From contig JAQGDQ010000576.1 of NCBI GenBank assembly GCA_030141605.1, positions 62,001-126,000 on the forward strand: a stretch of 64,000 bases of DNA. Reading direction: 5' to 3'. The notes under the pieces were generated by a model, which had not been told where the DNA came from, made no database searches, and saw only the letters and a program-made list of their open reading frames with translations. Numbering within the stretch: position 1 is the stretch's first letter; each line of letters opens with the position of its first letter. The stretch comes from Tubiluchus corallicola (lineage: Eukaryota; Animalia; Priapulida). The position numbers and the translations under genes are program-made. Shown piece after piece: positions 24,469 to 36,855 of the stretch.

Positions 24469-25030
24469 TGTAGTAGCAACTGACTCAGCTTCAGCTGAGC
24501 TAGCTGATTTACAGTGTGAGTCAGCTGATGTTGTGGCAACTGACTCAGCTTTAGCCGAGTTAGCTGATTTATTGTGTGAGTCAACTGATGTAGTAGCAAC
24601 TCACTCAGCTTCAGGTGAGCTAGCTGATTTATTGTGTGAGTCAGCTGATGTCGTGGCAACTGACTCAGCTTCAGGTGAGCTAGCTCATTTATTGTGTGAG
24701 TCGGCTGATGTAGTAGCAACTGACTCAGCTTCAGCTGAGCTAGCTGATTTACAGTGTGAGTCAGCTGATGTAGTAGCAACTGACTCAGCTTTAGCCGAGT
24801 TAGCTGATTTATTGTGTGAGTCAACTGATGTAGTAGCAACTCACTCAGCTTCAGGTGAGCTAGCTGATTTATTGTGTGAGTCAGCTGATGTCGTGGCAAC
24901 TGACTCAGCTTCAGGTGAGCTAGCTCATTTATTGTGTGAGTCGGCTGATGTAGTAGCAACTGACTCAGCTTCAGCCGAGCTAGCTGATTTACTGTGTGAG
25001 TCAGTTGATGCAGTAGCAACTGATTCGGTT
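24469..25030. repeat. 60-bp minisatellite, ~9 units, with 4-unit (240-bp) higher-order repeat
   Basis: Lines 24541/24601/24661 are identical to 24781/24841/24901. Confidence 0.95.
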
Positions 25031-25241
25031 TCAGCCTCTAACCATATGACAACCAGAACCTAGCTTATCCTCCAAAATTTTACAAGGTTGCAGCCATGGA
25101 AACAATAGCAACATTAAAACTAAACCATTTATCACTCTATTTATAAAAAGATTAGTTAATTAATAGCGAAAAATAGGACACAATTTTCTAAATTTGCAAT
25201 TAGTAGTTAAACAAACTAAGATTATTAACACGAGTACATAC

Positions 25242-25342
25242 CGTCAGATGTGTCGTCACGGCAACGGAAGCTAGGACGCTCCGCAGGACATAAAAACAAT
25301 ACCAAAACAATCAATATTGCAGCTGTGCCGTCTGTGACATAC
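25242..25342 (-). CDS. SLC13: SLC13 paralog A exon 11 (YVTDGTAAILIVLVLFLCPAERP)
   Basis: atgtag / G|gtatgt, 101 nt. Confidence 0.93.
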
Positions 25343-25381
25343 CTACATGAATGTAAGCAGATTTAGCTGTAAAAAATAAGC

Positions 25382-25797
25382 TAATAATAATAATAATAAT
25401 GACATTTATTTTGCATAGCATCTAAATCTATAAACAGCACAACGGACAATACACAAAGATACTTCACAAAGATATTTAAAGGTTTACAAAATTAAACAGC
25501 AATCCTACTAAATTTCATAAAACTACAAAAAGTAAATACATAAAAAACACACAGATTCATAAAATACAAGCGTACAACGACAAATCGAAATTTAATTGCT
25601 TCAAAGATTGTATGCTATTTTAAATAAGTATGTTTTAATCTGTATTTTAAAAGTGCTCGTGTTCGAGTGTGCTGATGTGGATAGGCAGGCTGTTCCACAG
25701 AACGGATCCTGCAGCAGAAAAATGACATAGTGGAACAGCGCATTGTAGGAAGTGTAGGAACCGTAAGCAAAATGTTATCATATGACCTAAGATTATA
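25382..25797 (-). mobile_element. CR1/L2-group LINE 3' fragment
   Basis: YNLRS...SFSAAGSVLWNSLP remnants, AATAAA and (TTA)n tail. Confidence 0.65.
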
Positions 25798-25811
25798 CAA
25801 GGTTCACATAC

Positions 25812-25916
25812 TCTGATTCAAAGAGATTTCCCCATCCCGACGTGAAAGATGGCGATCGTGTCAAAAATAAAATAATTAACAGGATAAAATTTGCAAGTAC
25901 AACACCTTCCGAAAAC
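25812..25916 (-). CDS. SLC13: SLC13 paralog A exon 10 (FSEGVVLANF...TRSPSFTSGWG)
   Basis: ttttgcag / GA|gtatgt, 105 nt. Confidence 0.93.
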
Positions 25917-26033
25917 CTGCAAAACACAATAAGAAAATCGTTAAACAAAGAAAATGAAAATAAACTATTTTTTCTACATAGCTTTCCCCCACTCAAGCCA
26001 CCTGGCAATATGTATGGGAATAATGCACACAAT

Positions 26034-26719
26034 AACTACGGCCAAATCACGTTGAAAATACCGGTTCTCGTCTGATCACCGAAGTTAAGCAATGTAGAGC
26101 CTGGTTAGTACTTGGATGGGACCGCCTAGGAATACCAGGTGCTGTAGGCTTGCTAGATGCCCACACTGTATCTCGACACTAGGCGGAGGAGCTGCACAAG
26201 CAGCCAATGGCTACAGGGCGGAGGAGGTCAAGTGACCAAACGGCCATGTGTAAAGGAGTAAACCTTCCAAATCAGGAGTGGAGCCCCGAAGGCGGACCAG
26301 TGCAGCATGTTCACTGACTCCGGCAGCTCCTGCAGCCAACCTGGTGCCAAACGTATCGCTCCGCTTTCCTTTGGACTGCACCAGGGAGGAAGAGAGGGGG
26401 TTCCTGTTGTCTGGGCAACTCAGGATCTCCATACACTTTGCCCAGGCGTGCTCACTGACTCTGGCAGCTCCTGCAGCCAACCTGGTGCCAAACGTATCAC
26501 TCCGCTTTCCTTTGGACTACACCAGGGAGGAAGAGAGGGGGTTCTTGTTGTCTGGGCAACTCAGGATCTCCATACACCTTGCCCATGCGTGCGCCCTGGA
26601 GACGTTCAAGGATCGCACTGCTCAGCCACAGTCGACGCTGCAGCTCCATCAATGTGATCAATAACTGACTCTCTTGACGCACACTCCATTGTCTTCCAAG
26701 ACAGAAGGATGCCAACAAA
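26034..26719 (+). mobile_element. 5S rRNA-derived SINE (SINE3 type) with internal 140-bp tandem duplication
   Basis: 5S-like head 26034-26151 (TCTCGTCTGATCACCGAAGTTAAGC...GTTAGTACTTGGATGGG...GGTGCTGTAGGCTT) without a T4 terminator, then the body shared with 48323 and 59785 copies. Confidence 0.88.
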
Positions 26720-27603
26720 TAATTATATAATACAGAGCTTGCATTTATGATACCTGGCTTAGATAAGCCTTATAAGAAGTTTATAAGTTTAGATTGAAAC
26801 AGCCGTTATCAGGTGAATTTGAATCAAGATTAACCTGCATGGAAAAATTACAGCCTGAGCAGCTCTACACAGATTTGCTCAGGTTGTGGGAACAGCAATA
26901 GATGAATCCTAGCAGCAGAGTTGAACTCATTCATGTGAATCCATGATTGAGGCCTCGTATTAATTCAAAACATTTTCTTTCCTATTCACTTTTTTATAAA
27001 CCTCAATAGTAAGATTTTCACAGTGTCTTCATAATGTAGTTAAAATTTAGATTATATATATATAATGTGGCATCAATATTCTTAAATGTTCATTTTACGT
27101 CATTTTCCTGGTTTTAATGATGGTTAAAAGATGTCAGTTCGGACTTACATAGCTAGTCGATATAAGGAAAAATGATATTTACTTCATTTCAATAGGTTAG
27201 CAAACATCTGGAAAGGTGCAAAAAATGGATAAAGGCTTGTGGACGACCACTGGTCAGCTAAATGCTGAATATATAGTTGCGTTTGTATGTTCAAAACCAA
27301 GAGACTTTGATAAACATTTTTGTTACCCGTTTGTCTTAATGCTAGGCTTACAGGGTTAGTTCTATTGCAAAAATGACAGGATTTGGCACTCGTGTTTTTG
27401 CAGTTCTTTGAAACTTTGTCGCTGCACTCCACTTAAACTGTAAAGCCACTTCTTGGGTATGTTAATTTCTTGTAAAAATAACTGCTGCCTTGCAAAATTT
27501 GTGTGTGCAAAAGTACAAGCTGTTTATCTGCCGATTAGAAATTAGTTGTTTACTAAAGAGTTGTTGTTTAAAGTAAGCCGATGTCTCGATTTCCAGAGAG
27601 TGC

Positions 27604-28043
27604 TGTGGAAGTTGTAACTGTATATATTTAGGTGCTGCCATCTATTGACTAATCACTTTACATTTTACTAGCTAAACTCACACGCAGTATAATTGTTCGG
27701 TCCAGTGAAATTGCATACGCACTGGATCTCTCCCTATTTTACTGTAATGGTATTTGTAAAGTTTGCATAATTACCTATACCTATATATACTGACTGGATT
27801 CTACTTCTAGTCACTGTCTCACTCTCAGTGCAGTGCAGAAGTCATGCTAGTTGTGATACTCGTGTCACTTACTGTCTAACTCTCAGTGATCAGTGCAGGA
27901 CACTCTGGTCCTCAGTGTAGCAGTCATTCTACATGTGTGTATGTAGTCTAATAAACGTTTTCAGTTTTGTGCAGATATGTAGTATAGTGTTTTATTCTTT
28001 TTCTACAAAGTGTTCAACTACAACCTCATACATGACTTTCACA
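27604..28043 (+). mobile_element. Solo LTR, family 1 diverged subfamily
   Basis: TG...CA termini like the 21825 copy, perfect 5-bp TSD AGTGC. Confidence 0.85.
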
Positions 28044-28138
28044 AGTGCATTTACATAACAACGAAGGCGGAACGATAGACTGATACATTTGACATCAATT
28101 ACGTTTTCTAGCAACATTAAGTTATAAGAATTTTGTAC

Positions 28139-28234
28139 TTGAATGGTCCAAGTGCATTGTACTGTTCTCTAATTGCTCTGCTGGGCGTGTTCTGCACAGG
28201 TTCATTGTCGTCGTGGCGACAACCACAAAGCTTT
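28139..28234 (-). CDS. SLC13: SLC13 paralog A exon 9 (KLCGC...IREQYNALGPF)
   Basis: ttttcag / AA|gtacaa, 96 nt, same length as paralog B exon 9. Confidence 0.9.
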
Positions 28235-28569
28235 CTGAAAAATAACGTTTATGTTATAACTCAGTTACGTTCAACAAAGTTTTACCATCTTCGCAAACTT
28301 TTAATCTAAGAAATATCATAATGGAAATAAAAAAACAACTATGTTCTTCTTCAATATTTTGTACATTCAATTTTTTGAACTTTCGTTTATAGTTGGGTTC
28401 TGTTTCCCTTTAAGTGTGTTGTCGGTTGAAACGTTTGTCTAAAACAAAACTGGACCCAATCTTAAACAGCAGGTCAAAGCAATCTACTCTTTAAAACATT
28501 GAAAGGAAACATACTATTTTTTCAAAAAATGACTTACGTGAAAGAATTATTACCATATAAACACAAGTT

Positions 28570-28753
28570 AGATTAGATTTTAGATTTAGATTTACTTCGC
28601 AATAAACATATACGTATACATTACATTACATGTGCACGATAATCAGGTTTTGTTAATACAAAAATATGATACAATTCATGAATTCTGCGCGAGAGACCTA
28701 AGAAGCTAGCTTATGGTAGGCCACTAGAATTAGTTACAAAAAAATTACATTAA
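28570..28753 (-). mobile_element. Short LINE 3'-end insertion present in paralog A intron 8 only
   Basis: Absent from the otherwise alignable paralog B intron (~57690); flanked by AAGTT repeat; related sequence at ~14840-14990. Confidence 0.65.
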
Positions 28754-29230
28754 AAGTTTGTGTTTGAGCCACTGGTTCTTCACTGTTACATGTATTTCGC
28801 CATTCGCTAGTTAGACGGACAGTAGCGCCTGTATTTCGAAAACGCAATGTATAAAAATAGGTGCTGTAACTCTCCGTTCATGTGTTAGTTTGTGACGAAA
28901 CTGCACACGTTCGACAGCTCATGCGTGAGCACAGCCGTAAATTTGGAAATTGAATTTTTATCTTAATAAAACTTGCCTAGTTTTAGTATAGCACACTGGA
29001 TATCTGACAGTAGCACTGTACTTCAATTTTCGCTTTCGCAAACACATGGAACACGCTCGTGGAATATTTTTCCTGTTGAAAATTGTGTTAGTTTGTGATG
29101 TATTCAACCGTTGGGCTCGCCCACCGTTAATTAAGATTTTAATCTATTATTTAATTATCACAAACGCCTTTGCAGTATTAATTGTGCTAAAATGTATACT
29201 CCACTGTAAATGTAAGTAAACCTCACTTAC

Positions 29231-29344
29231 TTGAAACCGAAGAAGTAAAACTGTAGCCACAACCAGGCAATGGTGATGCAGACTAGAGCATTGGGTAGAG
29301 CGAACAACATCCAACTTGTGAACGAAATTTCAACTCCATAAATG
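29231..29344 (-). CDS. SLC13: SLC13 paralog A exon 8 (ISFTSWMLFALPN...WLWLQFYFFGF)
   Basis: ttacag / AA|gtaagt, 114 nt. Confidence 0.95.
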
Positions 29345-29619
29345 CTGTAACAGAAAGAGTTTTCAACTCAGAAAAAATTTGATCTTTTTACATTTCGAAC
29401 GACAACACATACAGCCGCAGAGTTTTGCTGAAATTATTAATCTAATTAAATTTAACATTAAAGCTATCAGGTATAAATTGTTGTCCTCATTCGACCAACT
29501 TGACATCCCAGAAAGAAGAACAAGCTAGGTAAAAATCTAGATGCAGTGCCATCTATTGAGCATCCAAAACACCTGCTTTTTTATTAGATGCAAGATCGCT
29601 AGTTGTTACATTGGATATA

Positions 29620-29988
29620 CAGTTGACCCTCGTTAAACCGGACCCCGTTAGCCCGGATATCGGATAAGACGGACGTCATCCGTGGTAAAGGAAACTGACC
29701 GATTTCCGTCCGAGCCGTAGCGCTAAACACAACACGGCCTACCAACTCACCATGAGCCATTGACGGGCCAAAGCCATTTTTTATTTAAACTGTACAATAA
29801 TTTCTTTATCCTCACAGGCTAACTATTTTAAAGTAATATACAGTATAGTATATAGTGCTATGTATATAGGCCTTATTAAGGTGATTATTCCTGTATAATA
29901 TAGACCATGTATAGGCATATCGGATAAATTGGATAATCGGCTAAACCGGACCCCCCCCCAATTAGTCCGGTTTAAAGAGGGTTGACTG
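29620..29988. mobile_element. Tc1/mariner (Tigger-like) MITE; inverted copy at 41978-42300
   Basis: TIR CAGT(T/C)(G/A)ACCCTC, TA flanks, two near-identical copies. Confidence 0.85.
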
Positions 29989-30157
29989 TATTGAGGCAGT
30001 GAGTGTACAAGCAAAAGTGTCACAGGTAGAACCCAACGACTAACACTTCCCATATATCATTTGATATGAACGTCTGACCCAGATTAGAACTGTCTAATTT
30101 CTACATTTCCTTAGATACCTCTAAAATGCTAGCATGCTAAACAATAAATGAACTCAC

Positions 30158-30282
30158 GTTTCAACTTGTCCGGCTAGAATCAAATTCGGAAATGTTCCGT
30201 ACAGGGTGGCCGTTCCACCAATGTTAGCTGAGTAACAAATACACAGCAACATGGCTTTGCACATTGTACTGTTCTCAATGCC
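30158..30282 (-). CDS. SLC13: SLC13 paralog A exon 7 ([29 protein letters not shown])
   Basis: tttattag / AC|gtgagt, 125 nt, TM5 motif. Confidence 0.95.
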
Positions 30283-31278
30283 CTAATAAATATCACATTA
30301 TTATTTCCTTCCACATAATTATTATTGCATATTACATATAGCTGTTACATATTTCTTCCGTAAACCGTGAGATTAATGCGTGATAAAAACGTTTGTAAAT
30401 TTTTCGAGGAAGGCCAGGCGCAAAAATTTCCACGCACATAGATTACGCTCTAATATTTAAATCACAGCTTGGTTTGAAGCAACATGTCGACCATATTTGA
30501 AGGTAACTGCTAGTTTATAAAACCACGAACAGCTGGACAATGCCAATACATTTAGCAGTGCCAACACACGCGTCAGTGAGTAGCATTAGGATTACGATAG
30601 GATAGGTTACCAAAATTGGGATGAAATATGCGGATCAGTTCAGATAATGAAAAATTAGTAAACGCTTGCAAACTTTAGCGTTTTTATTTAGTCTATCATC
30701 TGAAAGGACCTTTCCTGAAGGGTATTATAACGGGTATGAAAGGGTTAAGATTCTTATTAGGACAGTTCTTATAAGATAGAAACGCTTTGCTTAAAGATAA
30801 AAATACTAAAAAAACCACAGAGCACTAAACAGTTTACATGTGGCATTTGTTATCCCAGCAAATCTTTAGGAAAACAAAAAATAGCAACTGACGACATCTT
30901 CGCCTAGGACCGCGTACTAGAAACATGTTTATGCAACGATAAAAATAATCACAGTGAGAAGTACATGTAGTTTAAAAATTCTCAGCCCGAATGACCTAGA
31001 TGAAAGATGAACCGTAAAGAAACTGAATTTGAAAACTTCGACAAACGTGCAACATTAGAAGTTTTATCTCCAAAACATTTAGAAGAATAAAAACCAAAAA
31101 TGTTTTAGGTTTTACGTTAAGGCCACCCCGGTAGAGAACCTTGCCCTTTGATTACAATCACATTCTAAACATTTCATACTAAATTACCTACCACACACAA
31201 ACATAAAAAAGAGGTGTATAAAATTTTCATCTTCGCAGGCTAAAAGAATCTCTAAGTTTTTTGGTAATATTTTATTTA

Positions 31279-31743
31279 CCGTATTTTCCCATGTATAAGA
31301 GACCCTTTTTTGCTCAGAATTTTCACTTTAAAAATAGGGGGTCTCTTATACATGGGAGTAAGCCTCCGACTCCAATCTGACACCAACTGGCAAGGTAAGA
31401 AAGCCAACCCTTGGAGAAGTCTGCAGCTGGGTCCTCAAGGCATGGAATGGTGTAAAGCCAGAGGTCATTATTAAATCTTTCAAGAAGTGTGGCATCTCCA
31501 ATGCCATGGACGGCACAGAGGACAATGCCATTTTTGAGCAGAGTGACTCCTCTGATGATGAACTGGCTGGAATTGCTGAAGGTCTGACTCCAGTTGATAT
31601 TTTTGATGAGAGTGATGAGGAATTTAATGATTTCTATGATGAATAAAGTTATTCATTACCGAAAAACTTTTTTCCAGAATTTTTGCCTAAAAATTGAAGG
31701 GGTCTCTTATACACAAGGGTCTCTTATACATGGGAAAATACGG
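31279..31743 (+). mobile_element. Internally deleted pogo-type transposon retaining transposase C-terminus
   Basis: TIR CCGTATTTTCCCATGTATAAGAGACCC, TA TSD; peptide TPTGKVRKPT...WVLKAW...KSFKKCGISNAMDGTED plus acidic tail. Confidence 0.85.
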
Positions 31744-32070
31744 TAGTTATTTTCCGCTGTTAAATTATTCGAAAACCGTTTTCAATTGCACGTTACGAAA
31801 ACCGGATAGCAAATATTTGCGGGATAAAAACTTTTAAAACTACCGGATGATATCAGATACGAGTACCTGCAAAATTTTGAGAATATCACCATTTTTGGAC
31901 AATAAAAATAACAAATCATTATTAGTCTAGAATTGATACCATTATGTTTGTTTCATTTTACACATTAGTAAAACAATGGCTAAAAATTTTCTAAAGCAGC
32001 ATCCTCGCTAATTTTAGCTACACGCCGCCATTATTGATGACCCTTACACTTCGTCTTTTCACACCCCATC

Positions 32071-32346
32071 TGTAGCAGACTTAGCTCTTCTTTTGTTGTT
32101 GTTAATCTTACTTATCGTGCACGAGGCGACATCTGTGACGTGAATGTAAAGCTTTTGGTTTTGGCCAGCTTTTCTGTTTGTTACCTGCTAGTCACCTGTC
32201 TGTGATTACACACCTGTGCTCTGAACAGTCAGGTTAACCCACTTTATGGGATCTGTTGGACATTTATGTTATGTTGGACATACTGATTATGTTAATAAAG
32301 CATTCAGTGGTATTAACCTCTGTTTACAGTGTTTTCTGTGATTACA
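32071..32346 (+). mobile_element. Solo LTR, family 2 (276 bp)
   Basis: TGTAG...TTACA termini, AATAAA near the 3' end, perfect 5-bp TSD CCATC. Confidence 0.7.
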
Positions 32347-32419
32347 CCATCTACCGTTGAATGTTATTATTATTGTTTTCTTACTTGTTTTTACAGTTAA
32401 TAAGACTAATAAACAAATG

Positions 32420-33010
32420 GTAGGGGCTAAGTGAGCGAGTGTTTGTGAGAACGTGTGTTACGTCGTCAAGGTGGGCGGGGCTAAGTGAGCGAGTGTTTGT
32501 GAGAATGTGTGTTACGTCGTCAAGGTGGGCGGGGCTAAGTGGGCGAGTGTTTGTGAGAACGTGTGTTACGTCATCAAGGTGGGCGGGGCTGGTGACAATG
32601 GGCGAGTGTTTATGAGAATGTGCGTTACGTCATCAAGGTGGGCGGGGCTACATGCTGGTGACAATGAGCGAGTGTTTGTGAGAACGTGTGTTACGTCATC
32701 AAGATGGGCGGGGCTACGTGCTGGTGACAATGAGCGAGTGTTTATGAGAATGTGTGTTACGTCATCAAGGTGGACGGGGCTACATGCTGGTGACAATGAG
32801 CGAGTGTTTACGAGAACGTGTGCTACGTCGTCAAGGTGGGCGGGGCTGGTGACAATGAGCGAGTGTTTGTGAGAACGTGTGCTACGCCGTCAAGGTGGGC
32901 GGGGCTACGTGGTGGTGACAATGAGCGAGTGTTTGTGAGAACGTGTGCTACGTCGTCAAGGTGGGCGGGGCTGGTGACAATGGGCGAGTGTTTATGAGAA
33001 TGTGCGTTAT
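32420..33010. repeat. 59-71 bp minisatellite containing GGGCGGGGC
   Basis: About 9 units of GAGCGAGTGTTTGTGAGAACGTGTGTTACGTCGTCAAGGTGGGCGGGGCT. Confidence 0.92.
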
Positions 33011-33083
33011 ATTGAACATCACACGAGTTTGAACGTGTGAGAATCACTGAACATAATAATACAAATATTAATAAATCAATTAC

Positions 33084-33219
33084 TTGTGTGAATCCTGGTA
33101 CAACAACGAAGTCCTGACTAGAGGATGCTTCACAAACAGCCTCTCCTGGTGGCAAGACTGCCAAACGATCCGAATTTTCTAACAATTCAATGGTGTCCCT
33201 ATGTCGTATGCTACCATTT
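33084..33219 (-). CDS. SLC13: SLC13 paralog A exon 6 (loop, ...VVPGFTQ)
   Basis: ttccacag / CAA|gtaatt, 136 nt, phase 2->0; ends like paralog B exon 6 (NPGYTQ). Confidence 0.8.
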
Positions 33220-33244
33220 CTGTGGAACAATATGCAAATGATTA

Positions 33245-33615
33245 CATATAGACATAGACACAGACATAGACATAGACATAGACATAGACACAGACACAGA
33301 CATAGACATAGACATAGACATAGACATAGACATAGACATAGACATAGACATAGACATAGACATAGACATAGACATAGACATAGACATAGACATAGACATA
33401 GACATAGACATAGACATAGACATAGACATAGACATAGACATAGACATAGACACAGACATAGACATAGACATAGACATAGACATAGACATAGACATAGACA
33501 TGGACATAGACATAGACATAGACATAGACATAGACATAGACATAGACACAGACATAGACATAGACATAGACATAGACATAGACATAGACATAGACATGGA
33601 CATAGACATAGACAT
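33245..33615. repeat. (CATAGA)n hexanucleotide array, ~60 units
   Basis: Direct reading; abuts a minus-strand AATAAA and LINE-like 3'UTR. Confidence 0.95.
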
Positions 33616-34425
33616 TTTTATTTATCTCCTCATTTACACGTGTATACAAATTGACTACTATTGTTATAGTTATTGATTAAAAAGGATAAATTAAGCATAA
33701 AGGAAAGAGTTAAGGGGGTGCAGGAGAAAGGGTAGCGAAAGACCAATTGGTCATCGAGTCAGCTACCCTTCTCAGGTTAGTGAAAATTGTAAAAAATTTG
33801 TAGTGCTGCTGTTAACATGAATTTATGGGGGGATACATTAAACATGAAAGCGAAATAACTAAATAAACTATGCAACAAAGAAATTAAATGAAAAATATGA
33901 AATGATGATTAACAAAATATGTAAAGCATTTAACTAACTGATTAAAACAAAAGCTAGAAAAAAGTCAAACCAAAAAAAAACCATAAATAATAAATCAGTG
34001 AATGAAACAAAATATGTATAATAAACTCAAACAAAATATAATGAAGCAAAGATATGCAATCGTGTCAAATTAAGCGTAATGATAAAATACTATGCAACGC
34101 AAGAACTAGTGCAGAAAAATGGAGCAAACAAAATATGTAGTGAATTTTGAGTATGTGACTAAATAGACAATATGGCTCAAAAAATATAATAAAACTTAAT
34201 GATAACTGTGAAACAATGAGCAAAATAATCATAATAAAGTGAATATATATGAAGCGAGAAGAGCATAATATGGAAGTAAAAACAGAGCAACATTAAATTC
34301 TAAACGTTAACTTAATAATTTTCATCAAAACACAAACATTAGCAGCATACCAAAGATTATGAAAGTTGTGATTTACTATAAAGTTTCTCTAAATGTTTGA
34401 TCCTGTTATATCTCTCAAAATATTA

Positions 34426-35026
34426 TAGGTTTTGCATGTCAAATGTAGACCTACATTAACTCAAATGTAGATTTAGGTAATTCAAATGTGTGCTGGTAAC
34501 TCAAATGTAGATTTAGGTAGTTCAAATGTGTTAACAATGGTCTTAAACAATTGTAGACACGTGTCAAGTCAAAGGTGACATTTGTATCTCAAATGTGGAT
34601 AGGTGGTAAAGTTTCAGGATGTAAAATTTAATCTTCTTTAATTTCAATTTAATAATTGCTCCTAAGTTAAAATAACAACGTTATGGGCCTACTAATAGAT
34701 GCACTATCTTTGGTTTATCTTTTTCTAATTTGCACTTAAATAACTTAATTACCGATTTATTCAAAGTAATGCATCTACATTTGACTTACCTAAGTCACAT
34801 TTGAGTTACCAAAACACATTCGAAATTCCTATGTCTACATTTGACTTGCCTAAGTCACATTTGAACTTTCCTGTGTCTACATTTGACCTACCTAAGTCAC
34901 ATTTGAACTTTCCTGTGTCTACATTTGACCTACCTAAGTCACATTTGAACTTTCCTGTGTCTACATTTGACCTACCTAAGTCACATTTGAACTTTCCTGT
35001 GTCTACATTTGACGTGTAAAACCTAT
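34426..35026. mobile_element. MITE with TIR ATAGGTTTTACATGTCAAATGTAG and 39-bp subterminal repeats (copies ~54356-54903, half copy ~52636-52936)
   Basis: Inverted ends and three alignable copies. Confidence 0.75.
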
Positions 35027-36263
35027 AGAAACTTAACTGCCACTACATAAGAGCTTAAAGCATAAGAAAAGAATCTCCATAAGTAAAGATAAAAAATTTG
35101 TCCTAACTTCTGTACCACTTACAAGCTGTCTTGTTGCATACAGAGCATGCGTTAGCACTAACTCTATATAAATCTTGTAATTTTAAACTCCCATGATGAC
35201 TGTTAGTTGCAGAAATTTTACAAGAAGTTCATATAATATTACGTTAAAACACAAGAAAACCCTTCATAAACAAAAGGTTGAAAATGCGTTTTGAAGTTTT
35301 ATACCACTTACATACTGCCTTTTTGCATGCAGAGCTTGAGTCGGCAGTAATGCTGTATAAAACTTGTACATTTAAAAAACTCACGCGATGACTGTTAGCA
35401 GCAGCCATTTTCACGACAGGTCATTTGAAACCAGTTTAGATAACATTTTGTAACAGCACACAAGCCACTAACTAAATAAAATTTAAAATTACTGTATCTT
35501 GTCAATAAGATTAAAATACGTTTTTTTGTTAGTGAGTGGTGGGTGAGTCAGCGACATTTTAGCAATTGGTGAAAACATTTTAAATAATTAATAATTTTCT
35601 TTTCTAGTTACATAAGTCTTTCTAGTAGGTAAGCGAAAATCTAAGTAATATACAGAGTCTTTTGAGACATAACTTAACATTGCCTTTTCTTCCCTTGATT
35701 TACGTTTGGTACATGACGTCATGTAATGGCGTCTTCGGAACAGTATTGCGGGAGATTTAAAATGAAAAGAAACTAAAATTCCTTTCAGTGCGAGTACGAT
35801 ATGTGCATAAAATTGCTGTAAAGTAACATAATTTTTCAAGGCGATTTTTCTGAAACCTACTTCAGGTACCTCTTTTCTTGTCCTTTAAACTTTAAAAAAT
35901 AGTCACAACATTCTCTGCTAACTAAACGAATGCCTAAATCACTGCATTTTGCCTATATTTAAAATTGCTTTGCATTTTCTTTTCCAGTTGCAAAAGTCTT
36001 TCGAATAGGTAAGCATAGTGCTAAGTAATATAACATTGTATGACAAGTTCTTTGTGACATACTTTAAAATTACATTTTCAAATTAAACTTTAAAATTCCA
36101 CAGCAAATAAATTTACAAAACTTGAAGCAATTTGCTGACACAGAATTCTTAGCTTGCATTTTTACATCCAACTTGCAAAACGTTCATCAGCCAAGGTTGC
36201 CCATTCTGTGAACTAGCCTTTATTCTACACGTTCACATGTGCGACATTTAAAAATGCTTAAAT

Positions 36264-36850
36264 AAGTCATAAGTCATTTATTTCACCTTACACATTTACA
36301 ATAGTTTCATGTACAATATCTAGTGAAAGGGCCTACAATGGATATAATACAAATAAGAAATACTGCACAGGAAAAGCCTCAAACACTGTTCACTTATACA
36401 CGAAGGTAAATGTGTTGCGGGCAATCAAAAAGCAGGGCTTGTTAGATTGTCCCACACAGTGATAGAAAAAAAAGTAATGGAGATAATCTGAAAATTTAAA
36501 GTGAATCGTGATAAAAAAAACATTAGTGCTTAAAATGGAATGATGTAATGAATGAAGCTCATATATGGGATGATATAAAAGATAGAAAGACTATTATTTG
36601 TTAATAGTATGTAAAATTAAGATAACTTGATTAAGCTAACACCAAGTGTTTTGCAAATACTGTGAGGATGGATACTGATAGAAATTTTGATTCCTCACTG
36701 ATACTTACTTAAAATTTGATTTTTTTTAGCATTTTTTTAAATCTAGTAATAGATCTGCTATTTTTTGCGGATTGACAAATCTCATTCCAGACTTTTGGCC
36801 TTGATACATTATAAAATTTAGTTTTAGATAAAAAAATTAGTTTGTTCTGC
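36264..36850 (-). mobile_element. CR1/L2-group LINE 3' fragment (shorter near-identical copy at ~51110-51510)
   Basis: YQGPKVWN...FKKMLK remnant, 3'UTR nearly identical to 51110-51500, (TTATGAC)n tail. Confidence 0.7.
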
Positions 36851-36855
36851 ATTAC

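Noticed and set aside
24423-25063. Leucine-rich 20-aa repeat proteins on both strands
   Set aside because: 60-bp intronic minisatellite open by chance; no splice or start context linking it to a gene.
33190-33654. HR/MS/VY dipeptide-repeat ORFs
   Set aside because: Hexanucleotide microsatellite in an intron.
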